This document shows positions 48,019-61,581 of a DNA stretch of 64,000 bases, one piece after another; the stretch's first letter is position 1; each line of letters begins with the position of its first letter. The stretch comes from Protoeuglena noctilucae (lineage: Eukaryota): the NCBI GenBank assembly GCA_958009085.1, contig OY253671.1, positions 806,001 through 870,000 on the forward strand, read 5' to 3'. The notes beneath the pieces are model-generated. The model was not told where the DNA came from. It ran no database searches and saw only the letters and a program-made list of their open reading frames with translations. The position numbers were made by a program, and so were the translations under genes.

Positions 48019-51000
48019 TCACGCCTCCTCATCCGCTCCGCTCGCGTTGCTCTCAGCGCCCGCGCCCACGGGCAGCACCCGTAGCCTCGCCTTGGGGCCC
48101 TCCCCGACACGTTCGTACGACAGCCCCAGTTCTCTCTTGACCAGCAGCGCCTGCATCTCCAGCACGTCCCCCGGCCTCGGCAGCAGCTCCATGGGCTGCC
48201 CCTGGGGCACCACCACCTCCTCCACCGCCAGCCTCGCCTCCTCCAAGGCATCGCGCACGGCGCGGGGAGGGCCGCCGAAGCCCTTCAGCTTCCCCGTCAC
48301 TTCCTGGAAGACACGCTGCGGGCGCAGACACGCCAGGCAGGTCGCTGCATGCCGGCAGCCACCAGGCAGATTGGCAAAGCTGCACAGCAAGCTAGGACAC
48401 CCTGTTTGCGAGACAAGGGTAGCCAAGCCCTCGCTACAAGCGGCCGGTTGGTGCTCGTCCTCCCCGCCACCTGTACCGCAGTGTCATTTTATACAGCATC
48501 TGCAGCGCTACTCACCAAGTACATTGCGTCGACGGCAGACAGCCCAGGGATGGAGCGGTCGGCCGCGGAAGCCACGGCCCCGCCCTCCACCACCTCCTCC
48601 TCGCCCAGCCCAGGCCCGGACGGCCCAGCCACAGCGCCGTTCCCGCTCCCCGCACCCACCGCCGCACCCTCCCTTGCCGCTCCCTCCCTCGCCACCTCAC
48701 GCAACGCCGCCCCTTCCACCCCCGCCGCCCCTTCGCCCTCCTCCTCCCCTTCCTCATCCCCATCGTCCTCGTCACCATGCACCGCCTCCACCTCACTGTC
48801 GCTGTCCTCGCCCCGCCCCGCCCCACCCACCGCGCGACCCTCACCCGCCGCCGTAGGTGACTCTGCCCCGTCCCTGCGGGTCTGGAAATACCCTCCCGCA
48901 CTCGGCTCCGCACCCACCAGCGTCCGCACCGCCTTGACCAACGCCGTGGCCGAGGCGCTCTTCACCGCATAGATGGGCACCCCGGCCGCCTGCATGAGTA
49001 TCACGGTGTCAGGAAACACATCGCAGTCTGCCGCTGGCCAGTTGCCATGTTTGCTGAGGCACGCGCATGCAGGCACACATGCTGGGCGCAGCATCGCTCA
49101 TCGCCGAGCCACGCTCACTCTGCCTAACGGCCCGGCTGGCTAACCTCACCTTCGCTGCCCTCTTGAGCCACCCGCCCGCCTTGAGCCTCGACCGCAGGGC
49201 GAGCACCGCGTCCGCGCCGTGCAAGTGCCCCGTCACCTCCACCTCGGACGCCATCCCCAGAGCATCCACCACCTGGGCCAGGTCATCGCGGGAAATGTCA
49301 AACAGATACACCTGCATGGCGTCGGCCGACTTGGTGACAGGGGGTATCGACCCCAGCGCTCCCTCGAAAGCTTCGTAAGCGCTCTCTGACGACATGCTGG
49401 CTGGGACGGCAACCCCCCGGTCCGCCCCAGGCGCACCGTCGCCCCCGCGACTCCACAACAGCGTCCCCGCGGGTCCCGACCGCGGCGCCCCCAGCCAGGG
49501 GCCGCGCTGCCCATTGCCCGTCGCCCGCGTGCCCTGCGGACGGCAAGTGTGTGGTTGGTCACATGAGACTGGTCTTGGCTCACTGGTGTGTAAGCAAGAG
49601 CAGGGGCAGCACAGCCACGCTTGCGTCAGCTCACTCGTCGCTGTCATGTCACCGACTCTGCCCCATCGCCCCTCACCTCAGCCCCGCCCCGTGCACCCCC
49701 CGCCCCATCCCGGCCGGGCCGTGCGCCCCTCCCATCCCGATCCCCATGCGAACCACCCAGCGCCATGTGGCCGTCGGGAGCCCACCCGGACTCGAGATCC
49801 GCCACCTCCCTCGTCACCTGCAAAGGTGCAATGGACACAAAGCATGGTATGCAACTAGATGGTCCACTATCTACGCATGAGGGGCTGCATGGCCAAAGCG
49901 ACCGACTGCCGACCGACTGCAAAAAGGCGCTGTGTGTTGAGCTCGAGCCCAATGAAACAGATAGCGCCGGAAGCAACAAGCATGGAGCCCCATGCGCTTT
50001 CATCTCAACAACCCAGGTCCTCCCGCAATTCACCTCGAACGACCCGTCCGGCCGAGCCCTGCGCACTTCCACCGCCGGGTTCCTCCCCAGCAACATGTCG
50101 TCCACGGCCGTCGCCACGTCCTGGTGCACCCGCCACACGCCACGCTGCGACGAGCTGGAAGCTTTACGTCACATCCCACCCACACTCCTATCGCGGAGTG
50201 TCGGTGCAAAGCACGGAAGCGTCACGTCACGTTTCACTCACACCCCAGCACCGAAGCGTCGCGTCACGACCCACCCACCCCTTCTCCTCCCCGGCCCCTC
50301 ACCTCGAGCATCTCCACTGCCACGTCGAACGTGGGCGGCCCCTCCCGCTCCAGGATGCTCTTCTGCACCCCGCGCCTCCGGGCCTCCTCGTCGGACAGAG
50401 TCACCGACGCCATGCCGCCCGTCAGGTCAGACAGCACGGGGTTCTTGACCACGTTCTCCAGGTAGTTGCCGTGCGCCGTGGCCACCAGCTGGATGCCCCT
50501 CTGCGGTAGGACAAAGGCACGGGGCGTTGTTTCAGTGGAAGTCACGTTCGATCGAGACACCAAGGGGCGGGTCTACTCCATGCACTCCATGGTGCTGGTA
50601 GCTAAGTGCAGGAATGAGCCGGGGACTCGCCTGGGCTATGGTACGTGCCGCCGCGGCCTCCAGCTCCGTCCCAATCTCATCGATGATGATGACCTCTGGC
50701 ATGTGGTTCTCCACTGCGGGGGCAGCCCAAGTGGTGCCACCACTGTCCCCATGCATCACCGGCCTCAGTACCAACGCACGGCAGCTGAGGTGACTGTGCT
50801 GATGCGCCACTACAACGCCCTCAATGCCCCTCACCGGCCTCGATCATGACCCGGTGCTGCTGGGATGGGTCCGCGACCTGCATGCGCCTCGCCCGGCCGA
50901 TGGCCGAGTGCGGGATGTCGCCGTCCCCGCCAATCTCGTTGCTGGTGTCCACGATGACGACTCGCTTCAGCGCCACGTCTGCCAGGACACGAGCCACCTC

Positions 51001-52292
51001 CCTGAGTGGTCAAGCAGGGGAGACCCGCGGCTCAGCAGATGGCAGGGTTGGTGGAGACGACCAAGAGTGAGAGCGACGGTCGACATGCGGGGCATGTGAA
51101 TGTCAATATGGTAGCAACGATCGGAACAGAGGCGCGGGAGACGGTCAAGGGGCGGGGGAGTGCTGGGACCAGTGTCGCCATGCGCGTGGCTCGCCTGAGG
51201 GCGGTGGTCTTCCCCGACCCTGGCTTCCCCAGCATGAGCAGGCTCCGGCCCTCCATGATGATGTCGCTGACCATTGCCGCGCTCCCGGGCACCGCGCGAC
51301 CCGCGCGGCACGTCAGGCCGACCACCTTCCCCGCCCTGTTGCGGATGCACGAGATGCGGTGCAGCGTGCGGTCGATGCCCGCGCGGTTGTCGCCCCCGAA
51401 CTCTCCCACGTTGCGCATCGCGGCTTCCAGGTCCTCCGCAGATACGGCCACGCCTGCGCATGCGGCGACCATGGCATAGGCGTCCACCCCGCTCAGCTTG
51501 CACGCGCGCACGCCCCCCTCTCCTCTGCTCGCGCGCCGGGACTCACCGCCCTCCCCAAGCTCCTTGTCGCGGCCAGGGAAACGCGCCAGGGCCGGCCTCC
51601 CGAGGTCCATGACCACCTCGACCAGAGTGTCGAGCTCCGGGTGTGCCTCTGCGGGGAGCGAGCGCGCGTGTGACTGCAGCACTGGCTAGCTCGGGCGCGC
51701 AGACTGCAGCACCACGGCGGCGTTTGTTCTCACCAAGCTGCGCCCTCAGCCTCTCCGGAAGCAGCCGGACCAGCGCCTGCGGGCGGGACGAAGCAAGCAT
51801 CGTGGCTTGAGGATGCCCGTCCCCGCAGCGATCTCGACGATCGCCGCTTGGCGATGTCGATGAGCGAGTGCACTCACGCGAAGTTCCTCCAGCGTTTGAT
51901 CGCGCCCCTGCACGCGGACGACGTCCTCCGGGGGCCGCACGATCATTGCATTCGTCGTGCCGTCCACAGGGACGCCCGTCGATCCCTGCGGCCGAGGATG
52001 TCATGCGCGCTTCTATCGCAATCTGTGCGGAGCATTCGGCATAACCCGAGCGGCGGGGAGCGAGCGTTTTTCGCGATCGCCAGCGGGGAAGGAAGCGCGG
52101 GCGCGGCCTCGCCTCGCTCAGCCTGGTCGGCAGCGCCGAGAGGCCGTGCAGCAAGCCAAGGTTTCGTAAACGTCGACATGATCTCCACCGTCCTTCGCGC
52201 GAGAAAGCCAGCCCGCGCCCAGCCCACGCAATGCTGGGCACCCCCCTCCCCCCCGCCCGCGCCTGAGCCGCACGTGACAGCAGCATCGGCAT
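48019..52292 (-). CDS. ycf45: Ycf45-like (SpoIIIAA-related) AAA+ ATPase with a C-terminal R3H-like region, nucleus-encoded
   Basis: [35 protein letters not shown]; Walker [77 protein letters not shown]-terminal [13 protein letters not shown]...RLRVLP. Confidence 0.92.
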
Positions 52293-52541
52293 GACGTGCA
52301 TCCGGGCATCCACCCCGGAACAATGCGCGGCGTGGCGAAGAGGGACGCCTTCATTTTATCGACGTTGTGCAAGTTTGTGCCAGTCCCCACGTTGTTCAAC
52401 CCCCCCATTTGTCTAGTCGCGGTCGCATGCGAGGTCTGTGTTCGGCAGGCCTCTGCAAGGCAGCGCAGCCGAGGCTTCTCATAGCCTGCCCCAAACACTG
52501 TCTGTGCTTTTGCATCCCACCGGTCAGTGCGAGGGCCCGCG

Positions 52542-54845
52542 ATGAGAGCGCTGGGCCGCGCTCGGAGGCTCTTGCTGTCTGGGGACTGGGGATGCGGCGG
52601 GGAGCTTTGGGGCATCGGGATCGCTGGGAGGGGCGTGGGCGCGGCTCAGAGGTCGAGGCTACCGTCGTGGCGCGAGCGGGAAGGACAAGAGGAGACGTGG
52701 GCATGCGAGGGGAGGTTGAAAGCGATCGAGAAATCCGAGTCGGCAGCGCGCCAGCGGCGGTTCTCTTCCAGCAGTGCCGGCATTCCAGAGGTGAGCGCCA
52801 GCGTTTGCCGAGTCCGCGCGATTTGTCCACATTTGTCTTGTATGTGCATGGGAGACTGCATCTCAGCCAGCGAGATTGCGTCCCGTGCGCGCAGGCGGCC
52901 CGACAACCCATCCGGGGCGACGAGGTGCCTGCTGCGGGCCAGCCCCTGCCCCATACGCACCCGGGCCTCCTCGCCCCTGACGAGATCGCCCCGGGACTCA
53001 CCGCGGTGGAGCTTGCGTCGCGACGGGAGGCGCTGGCGGCCAGCCTCGGGGAAGGGGATTGTTGCCTTCTCACGTCCGCAGCCCCAACCTACATGGCGGG
53101 CATCATTCCTTATCCCTACCGCCCTGATCCTGACTTCTTCTACCTAACTGGCATCACTCAGGTGACCCAGGGCACCTCGCACATCCTGCCCCACCCAAAC
53201 GCTGCCCGCCGCTCCCTCCGCACCCATGCCACCCTCGCCCTCTCCCTCCCAGGCGGGCTGCGCCGCGGTACTTCGGTCCCTGGGCCCCCGGGGTGACTCC
53301 TCGTACCACCTGACCCTCCTGGTACCCGACCGCAATGTGGAGGCGGAGCGGTGGGACGGGGAGGCGTTACGCCCAGCCGCAGCGACCATGTTCTTCGAGG
53401 CCCACTACGCCACGGAAGTGAGACGAGGTTGCGGCAATCTGTTGCGATGTTTGGTGGCAGTAACGACCGGGAGTCGGGGTAGGGGCGGCATGACCTGTGG
53501 CGTTCATGCACAAGCGGTGGCGCCCTTGCAGATGCGGGACGCCTGGAGTGTTCTCGAGTCGGTGGCGCACGGCAAGGGCCGGGTGCACTGCGACTGGGAC
53601 CGTCTGTCGGGGCGGTTCGGCCTGGCCATGGAGCCCCTGCGGCAGCAGCTCCATGCCCAGGGGCGGCTGGGGGCACTCGCGCCCATCATGGCTCGCCAGC
53701 GCTGGGTCAAGAGTGCGTCCGAGCAGCGCCTGATGAGGTGCGGCGAGCCACGCGGCGTAATTGGTTTTAGGCCGCGCGATGCCCTCGTCAGGCGTGACTG
53801 GCCCACTTCCTCCGTCCGCTCTGCAGGGAGAGCGCGCACGTGGCTGCCAACGCACTGCGCCACGCCATGCGCGTGTCGGAGCCGGGGGTGCCAGAGGCGG
53901 TGGTGGCGGCCACGTTCGAGTACCACTGCAAAGCGCTGGGCGCCCAGCGCATGGCCTACCCCCCCGTGGTGGCGAGCGGCAGGGATGCGACCACCGCACA
54001 CTACATCCGCAACGACAAGGTGAGCCGGGCATCTACCCCGTGCTGCGTGAGACGCCGTGCCGGTCACGGCTTCAGACTCCTGATCTCCAACTCCCCAGGT
54101 GTTGCAAGACGGCCAGCTTCTGTTGATGGACGCCGGCTGCGAGCGACACGGCTACGCCAGCGACATCACGCGCACCTGGCCGGTCAACGGTCGCTTCACG
54201 CCCCCTCAACGTGCCGTCTACAACATCGTCTTCGACGCTCACCGGGCCTGCCTGGCCGCCGTGCGGTGAGGCGCTGGTGGAGATGGAGTGGATTGCCGTC
54301 GCCACGACAGAATAGGCTTGGGTGGATCGGTGTTTGTTTCAAGCCGTTTTGTTCCCACCTGTTCCCTGCAACGCAAACCCTTCGCTTGTTCGGTTGACCC
54401 ATACATGCTTATCCGCCCCATCATCCGCAGACCGGGGTGCACGATGCGCGCGCTGCAGGCCGTGGCGGTGTCCACGCTGTCTCGTGGCCTGGCGCGGCTC
54501 GGGGTGCTGGGCGCGATCCCGGCAGAGACCATCGTGTCGTCCGCAATCTACCGCATCTACTTCCCCCACGCCGTTGGCCACTGGCTGGGGCTCGACACGC
54601 ACGACGTGCCGCTCGTCCCGGCCGAGCAGGAGTTCGTCCCCGGCACGGTCCTCACCGTCGAGCCGGGCCTGTACCTGCCCGCCGAGCCCCGCTTCGGCCC
54701 CTACGGCGGCATCGGCGTGCGCATCGAGGACGACGTGTTGGTCACTGACTCAGGCGCAGAGGTGCTCAGCGGTGGCCTGCCGGTCGCATCGGAGGAAGTC
54801 GAGGGCCTCGTGCAGGAGCTGAGAGGGCCGGGGCGTCTGTCCTGA
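52542..54845 (+). CDS. ICP55: Xaa-Pro aminopeptidase 3 / intermediate cleaving peptidase ICP55 (M24B)
   Basis: [105 protein letters not shown]. Confidence 0.92.
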
Positions 54846-55198
54846 CGGCTGTTACCGCTCGGCGACGACGCGCCCGCGACGGGCGTCTGCCTGTCCCGCT
54901 CTCCTACCCACTCGTGCTACTTGCTACTCGAGCTCGTGTCGTAACCGTCACGGAGCCTGTTTTCTACTCGCCAGAGAGCCTCACGTTTCTAAGCTAGGCA
55001 GAAGCGCAGCCGAGACGGCCATGCTAGCCCGTGCTAGCCCATGCGACGAGTTTCCGACCTTGGCCCGAGGCCGTGGGTGAGCCCTGTAGGTCCAGGGCGA
55101 CATGCTGAGATCAGTCCACGCAGTCCTCACTGCACGCTGTGAAGATCATGCTATGCAACGAGACTACTAACAGAGATGTGTCATGTTGTCAGCTAGCG

Positions 55199-56944
55199 TC
55201 AGAGGCCAGTGCCAGGGTGGTAGCGTAGCACGCGGAGAGCGTCCTCTGGTGTGGCTGGCAGAACACGCTTCAGGACCTGGCCGTCTGGAAGGGAGACCTC
55301 GAAGGTGAAGTGGAACACCGTCGTCGTCTCGGCAAAGCGACTCTCGGGCTTGGTGCGGCTGCGAGGGCGGCCGTGCGACGATCGGCAGTGCCACACGTGG
55401 GGCCGGCCAAAGCTGTGGGGGCGGCACGCGGATCACCTCGCGACCACCTCGACGTGCACCCGCCCCATGCGGCCCCCTCCGCTCCCAGAGGCGCCTCCCT
55501 GGCCGTCGCTGCAGCCTCCGCCCTTATCACGGAGCATGGCGGTGTGCAGCACCACCGCCCGGAGCCGCAGGAGGTCCGCCACCTCGACGGGACGCACAAA
55601 CGCGATCTCGTCCACTTCCAGAAACGTGGGCCGCGCGCCCGCGAACACGTAGCACGTGGCGAAGGCCACCTCATAGGCGCGGCGCATCAGGAAACCCCCA
55701 AAGACGGTCCCGTTCAAATTGCGCACCTGCGTGGGAGGCCCTGGGCCGTAGATTGCCCTGTGAGGCACGTAGGCGATACGTGCTGCGGGCCATGGCCGCT
55801 CCAGCACTGGCTCCCATCAGGTTCATGGGAGCAGCCCGTGCCTGCGGCTGGCAGATGAAGATGTTGGACTGGCCCGTCTCCTGCATGACAATGTCGTTCG
55901 GGAGTCCGAGCCCAGGCATGTCCATGCGTCGCCGTGCCTCGGCCACCATGGCCTCCGCCCACTCGCGGCTCTCCCGCTCGAAACTCACGTCGCCCTGGGC
56001 CCTACGCCGCCGCTGGTCCTTGCGCGTATCCGCGACCGCCTGGCGCTCTGCAAACAGCCTGCGGGCGCCACGTGACCTCTTCCGCCTGCGTTGCCGCCTG
56101 CGCAATCACAGCAACCGGGATCAGTCACTGCAACTGGTCGGCTCTCACCTGCGGTCTGCGTCGGTCTCGCACATGAGCGGGGGGACCCGGACGGCACCCC
56201 CCGTGACTGGGTCTCGAGCCACGAAGGTGAACACCGCGCGCAGGGACGGCCCCGGCTCGCCCTCCTGCTGCACTTCGATCTGGATGTCCATGCTTGACGT
56301 CCCCGTCCACACCACGCGCCCGGACGCCTCCATGTCAGACCCCAGGCGGAGCCGCCGCATCACGGAGATACTGCGTGTTGGGGACAGGTGCGGCTGTGCT
56401 TGAAGAAGGCAGGGGGAACACAGGGAGCGGGAGTGGGGTTAAGACCGGCTCTGGCATGCACGCACCGATCCACCGAGGCAGTGACCAGAGAGGGTGGGGG
56501 CGTGCCGGGACCAGAGGAGAAGTGGTCGAAGGCGATGTTGCCCGCGAGCGAGTCCAGGTCCTCCAGCAGCCTCCCGTGTCGCACCGCGCCCCAGGGGTTG
56601 CGGTACAGCTCCGCGAGCTCCCCATCGGTCGTGAAGGGGTAGGGCACGGAGGTGGTGTGCGGCAGCCGCGGAGAGGGCGTTACGCTGGCCGACGATGCGA
56701 CGGGGGCAGCAAGGGCCTCCCCCCGAGCCAGGCGATCCTCCCACAAGTGTCGTGTCACCGGCGTGTAGGCCCCGATGGTGTGGCGTGCCGCTAGGGGCGG
56801 CACGGCAGGCGCATCCGGAGCTCCAGTGGTCCAGCCGCGCGCCGTGAGCGGAAACGTGGTCGCGGTAGTCACGCACGCGGGCTGCCACGCTGCAGCTTGG
56901 GGAGCGAGGGCGGCCACGCGGATGGCGCGCCGAAACGCATGCAT
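55199..56944 (-). CDS. ACOT9: Acyl-CoA thioesterase 9-like (double hotdog), probably mitochondrial
   Basis: YRNPWGAVRHGRLLEDLDSLAGNIAFDH; LVTASVDR; GRVVWTGTSSM; FTFVARD; ICQPQ|VRNLNGTVFGGFLMRRAYEVAF; FVRPVEVADLL; FHFTF; VLPATPEDA. Confidence 0.93.
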
Positions 56945-57276
56945 CAGGCCGCCCCGGGCGGCTTGCACTCCCGCCAGCGAGAACAACGAGCGCAACTGTC
57001 GTCACAAGCGGGTCAGAGGGGGGGAGGACGTAGGATTCGTTGCGAAATTTTGGTAGCCATGACACACTGGCGTGACTGCCAGTTCCATGCTCGGGCGTGA
57101 CGCTCATCACGGTCTTGGGCCAGCTCCTGCGCGGTACTTTGTGGCATGTGTTGCACCCGGCACGGCATACACGTCGGATTCCTCCTGGAAACGCTTGGTT
57201 GCAGGCCTTACCGCCGCCCCCTCCCACCAAGCGCTTGGAACCCCGGGACCCCCGGCTGTCCACTCCAGCAGCAGCC

Positions 57277-58480
57277 ATGTCTCAGACGCTCAAGCTGACG
57301 TCCGTGGACAACCAGTCCTTCGAGGTGACAGGTCATTCACTGCGCTGCGCTTCGGAGAGCGCTATCTGACGCGATGCCTGCCCCCGCTCGGTGCATTTGA
57401 GCTGTGTTATTGTTATGGCGTCGACTGCGTTGCGCATCGTTGGTCCCCGGCCGATCCGTCGTCCCAAGCGACCGAAGGCGCTCAGCAGCGCGTAGCCGGG
57501 CCGCCCATTCCGATCCTGGAGATAATGAGACTCCGCGGCACTTGCGCACGTCGTGCGGGGCCCGGCGCCCTCCAAGCGGGGCCTCCCGCCAATGGTTGGG
57601 CCTTGTGAGGGCCGCAGGTCCAACGCGAGGTGATGAAGATGTCCGAGTACGTCACGAACATGCTTGAGGATATCGAGGACGGCGAGGCGTGCCCCACGGT
57701 GCCCGTGAACACGGTGAGGCATGTTTCCGAGGGGGAGGGAGCACGGTGCGCGAGCAGGGTCGGCAACCACCCGCCTCCCCGGCCGCGCAGGTGCGCGGTG
57801 AGATCCTCTCCAAAGTGTTGGAGTATTGCAAGTACCACACGGAGGCCGAGGGCGAGGGGGAGGGCAAGGTGAGCAAAGCGCGCAGTTGGCAGGGCGGGGT
57901 CGCCGGTTGTCCCGTTTCAGGCTTCGCCGCGCGGCGCGTCGGACTCTCGCGGCCCACGTCGCCCCGCGCAGCGCAGCCGTGTGCCGCAGGCCGGCCCCTG
58001 TCGCCCGGGGGGGTCACATCGCCATCGCGATGCCTGCCCTGAACCTTCTGCGGCGCACGCGCGCTTGAAGAGCTCTTCCCGCTCGCACCGCCGCCGCAGA
58101 AGTCCGACGTGGACATCAAGGCGTGGGACGTGGAGTTCGTGAAGGTGGACCAGTCGACCCTTTTCGAGCTCATCCTCGCGGCCAATTACATGAACATCAA
58201 GAGCCTGCTGGACCTCGCCTGCCTGTCGGTCGCGAACATGATTAAGGGCAAGTCGCCGGATGAGATCCGTAAGGCGAGGGCGGGGCGTCTGTCGGCGGGA
58301 GCACGCACTCTGTGCATGGGGCTCAGGCGCAGGGCCGGGAGCGCGTCCCGCTCCCGCATCGTGCGCGCGTTGTGTCAATCGTGAGCTGTTCTGCGCACGC
58401 AGACCTTTGGGATCAAGAACGACTTCAGCCCGGAGGAGGAGGCGGAGGTGCGCAAGGAGAACCAGTGGGCGTTCGAGTGA
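57277..58480 (+). CDS. SKP1: SKP1 (SCF ubiquitin ligase adaptor), 5 exons
   Basis: [17 protein letters not shown]...[12 protein letters not shown]...[77 protein letters not shown]. Confidence 0.98.
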
Positions 58481-58842
58481 CGGGGAGAGGCCAGGGGAGC
58501 AGCGGGGGCTGATTCAAAAAACTGGACAGATATCACGACGGCTGGTTCACCCGCGCTGGCCTGCTTGCTGCCCATGTGCCCGATACGACGTGAGAGCGAG
58601 CTCACCCCACCTTGCGCTTTTTCCCTGCCACGGTGCTTGAGTTGTCATCGCCAGTGTGTGCCACGCTGCATTGGTCACTTGTCTATGTGCTGGCGCACGA
58701 CCACGTCGAGCGCTATCATTTCAAAAGAAAACCTGAATGCATAGGAACATTTATTTGCTCCTAATCTCCGGGGTCGGGACGGCCTCCACGGAGCTTGGCA
58801 CCCCGTGGACAGCCGGGCAGCGCACAACCAGCACCGGCAGGG

Positions 58843-61581
58843 TCAGCCGCGACCCAACGTGACGTCAGGGACGGTGGCGATGCTGGCGGGCGCGTCTTCG
58901 GAAGTTAGGGCGGCGAGCACGCTCGAACCCCTCAGGAACTCCTCCGCAGACATCGTTAGCTCGCTCTCCTCCAGAGTGAAGGACGGGTCGAGGCACGACG
59001 CCTCCTCAAACACTCCCTCTGGCTCCACTCCAGACGGGGCGTGCCGTGGGCCGTCATCGGTCGCCGGCGTGGCGTCCTCGTCGTGACTCACGGGGTCCGC
59101 CCGAGGGGCCTTCTCACGATCGCCCATCCTCAACAAGCCCTTCAAAAGGCCCCGGTTTTGGCGGGCCGCTTCCCTGCGCGATCAACACCACACATTAAGC
59201 CATGCTGGTGCAGGCAGCACCTTCCCATAAGGCTGCGTCAGCCGAGAGAGACTTGCCTGGAGGTGTGGACCGTGGCGCCGATCGAGCCCCCGTTCGCTGC
59301 GGAAAGAGCCACGGCGGTCACGCCAGCGGAGGCCGCGACCAGCCCCGCCGTCACGACCAGTCGCAACGTCAGAACGGCCGCCCCACGCAGGAGCCCAAAC
59401 ATGCCGCCTGCAAGGGGACGCGAGGAGCTGTTTATTGTCATCCCTGCGCGCCACTCCTGCAAGGCCCGCTCCCTCCCCATGCCACATGCACGTCACCTGC
59501 CAGCTTCACCAGCACGTTCCTCCGCGGCTTGCCAGAGTGCGCCGTGTCTCCCTCCCAGCTCTGCGGCCGATCGGCGTGCAAAGGCGGCGTCGCAAGGGCC
59601 GGCTGCGTCCCGGGCCGCGCAGGCCAGAGACGGGCCAGGCGGCACCCACCTCCGTGTCGGTCGTCCAGTCGACGACCTCCTTCCCGCTGGCCCGCTCCCG
59701 GGGCTGCGGCCGGGCCATGTCCTCCGTGCCCGCGCCGTCCTCTTGCGTCCAGCCCCGGGAGACCCACGCCTCCGTCGCAGGGACGATGTCTGGGGTGGGC
59801 ACTAGCTGTGGCCGCGCGCGCGGGTGCGGAGGTCCGGGGCTTAGGGAGGGGGCCCTCGACTTGCCGCCGATGCTACGCAAGGACGGCACCCGCACGAGGC
59901 CCCCGAAACTCCGCCCGGCGCCGGCAGCGGGGTCCTGCATGCCGGGGCAGGCTTGATGGTGAGCATCTGAGTCCCCGCCTTTGCGCCAGCGCAAACGCGC
60001 GTGCTCTCGGCGCCAGCCTCGCGGAACCCACTTGCAGGGGAGAGCCCCTGTAGTACCCGACGTCATAGGGCCCGGGGTCCGCCGTGGGGGCAGGCAGAGC
60101 CGTCCCGGCGCCTTGCGTCGTGGGCTCGGCCGCCGGCGCTCGGCCCGTCCCTTGGGAGCGGCTGGGTCGCACGGAGGCCGTCCTTGCCGACCCCACGCTC
60201 GGCTGGCGCGCGGGCGCTGCGATCGGGGCCCATCCCGGCGCAGCGGCCTTTCTCGCAGGCCCGTCCATGTCCGCCCTCGGCCACCCAGCCTTGCCAGAGG
60301 CAGCGCCCCGGGACGCGATGCTCCCGCTCCGCGAGGGCAGAGCCCTCCCGGCCAGCGGCAGGTTCGTGGCCCGCTCTTCCAGCGGCGCTCGCCGCGTGTC
60401 TGCGGGCCGTTCCTTGGGAGCTCTCGAACCGCCAAGCGAGGCAAGGCTCGCGTGCCCCTCCAGCCCCCGCCTGTCCCGCGACATCACGGACGACCGGTCG
60501 GTGGGCGACAAGGCGTCCCGTCCCAGCCTGTGCCCCGCGCCAGACTGCGGGGGAGGCGCAGTGTGGCGCGGGTGGGACTCCGCTCCGACATGGCACGCAG
60601 TCGCATGGACTGCCTGCAAAGCACATCGGCCAGGCGTCACCTGTTGCGGACCGCTCGAGCCGGAGCTCTCCTGTCCCGGCGACCACTCTCGCTCCGTGGC
60701 AGGCACGCCCCAGGACCGCTGGGACAAAGCCTCTTCCCGCCCCATCCCATCCGAGGGCCGCGCCCCGTCGTCCTCGGGGGTGTTCCAGACGGTGTGGGCC
60801 GCGCCCTGGATGGCCAGCGAGGCGCCCGGTCGCTCGCCGGGCTGCAGGGCGGGGCCGTCGGCGGGAGGCCACTCGGGGGTGATGGGGCTGAGGGAGGATG
60901 GGTCGCCCCATGCGGGGGACTGGGTCGTCCCCTGAAGCCGGCGCCAGGGACTGCCTGCAGGCAGAGAGGGGGGATATGAGGTGCTCTTAGGATCCGCGCG
61001 GTGGCCTGGGCGGGAGGCGCCAAGTCGCAATGGGCGCGCCCGTACCTGTTAGGGGCGTGCGCGGCTGCCCGGGCGAGGAAGGGACCGGGGATCCCGATGC
61101 GGAAGCAGGGGGCTCGACAAAATCGACGAGGTCCTGGAGAAGCGACTGGAAGGCCGGATCGAGGCGTGTGTTGGTCGCGAGCGCTCCGCGAGCGAGATGC
61201 TCCAGCTGACCGCGGCAGGCGTCCACCTGCGGCCAGGGCGGACCCGCGCGGAGTAGAACTGCGGGCGATCACGAGACCTCACCCGACAGGACGCCGGCCA
61301 GACTCGGCGGCCTTCCCTTTTTCAAAGTGCGGTGCTCGACATCAGCGCGTCACCTTCATCAGGAGAGCCTCGCGCACCAGACCGCCACTGGAGGACGGGC
61401 CTTGATCTCTCAGCTTCCGAAAGGCGTCCTGCATGGCCTTGATCTGACCGCGCAGCGCGACGACGAGCTCCGTGTCGGTCGCCGAGCCCTCCGTGGCCTG
61501 CATGCCCTTCTGCAGGGTCCGCAGCCGGGAGTCCAACAGCACCGCCCGCCCCATGGCGGCGGCGATGTCTCCCTCAGCCAT
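58843..61581 (-). CDS. Unknown protein: N-terminal helical/coiled-coil region and long low-complexity tail
   Basis: ATG 61581 MAEGDIAAAMGRAVLLDSRLRTLQKG...EALLMK|VDACRGQLEHL...LVDFVEPP with GT-AG introns; probable last exon ...SEDAPASIATVPDVTLGRG*. Internal exon structure unresolved. Confidence 0.45.

Noticed and set aside
48019..52292. Horizontal transfer of a bacterial SpoIIIAA-like ATPase
   Set aside because: Intron-rich gene with a transit-peptide-like N-terminus; nuclear Ycf45 homologues are normal in green plants via endosymbiotic transfer.
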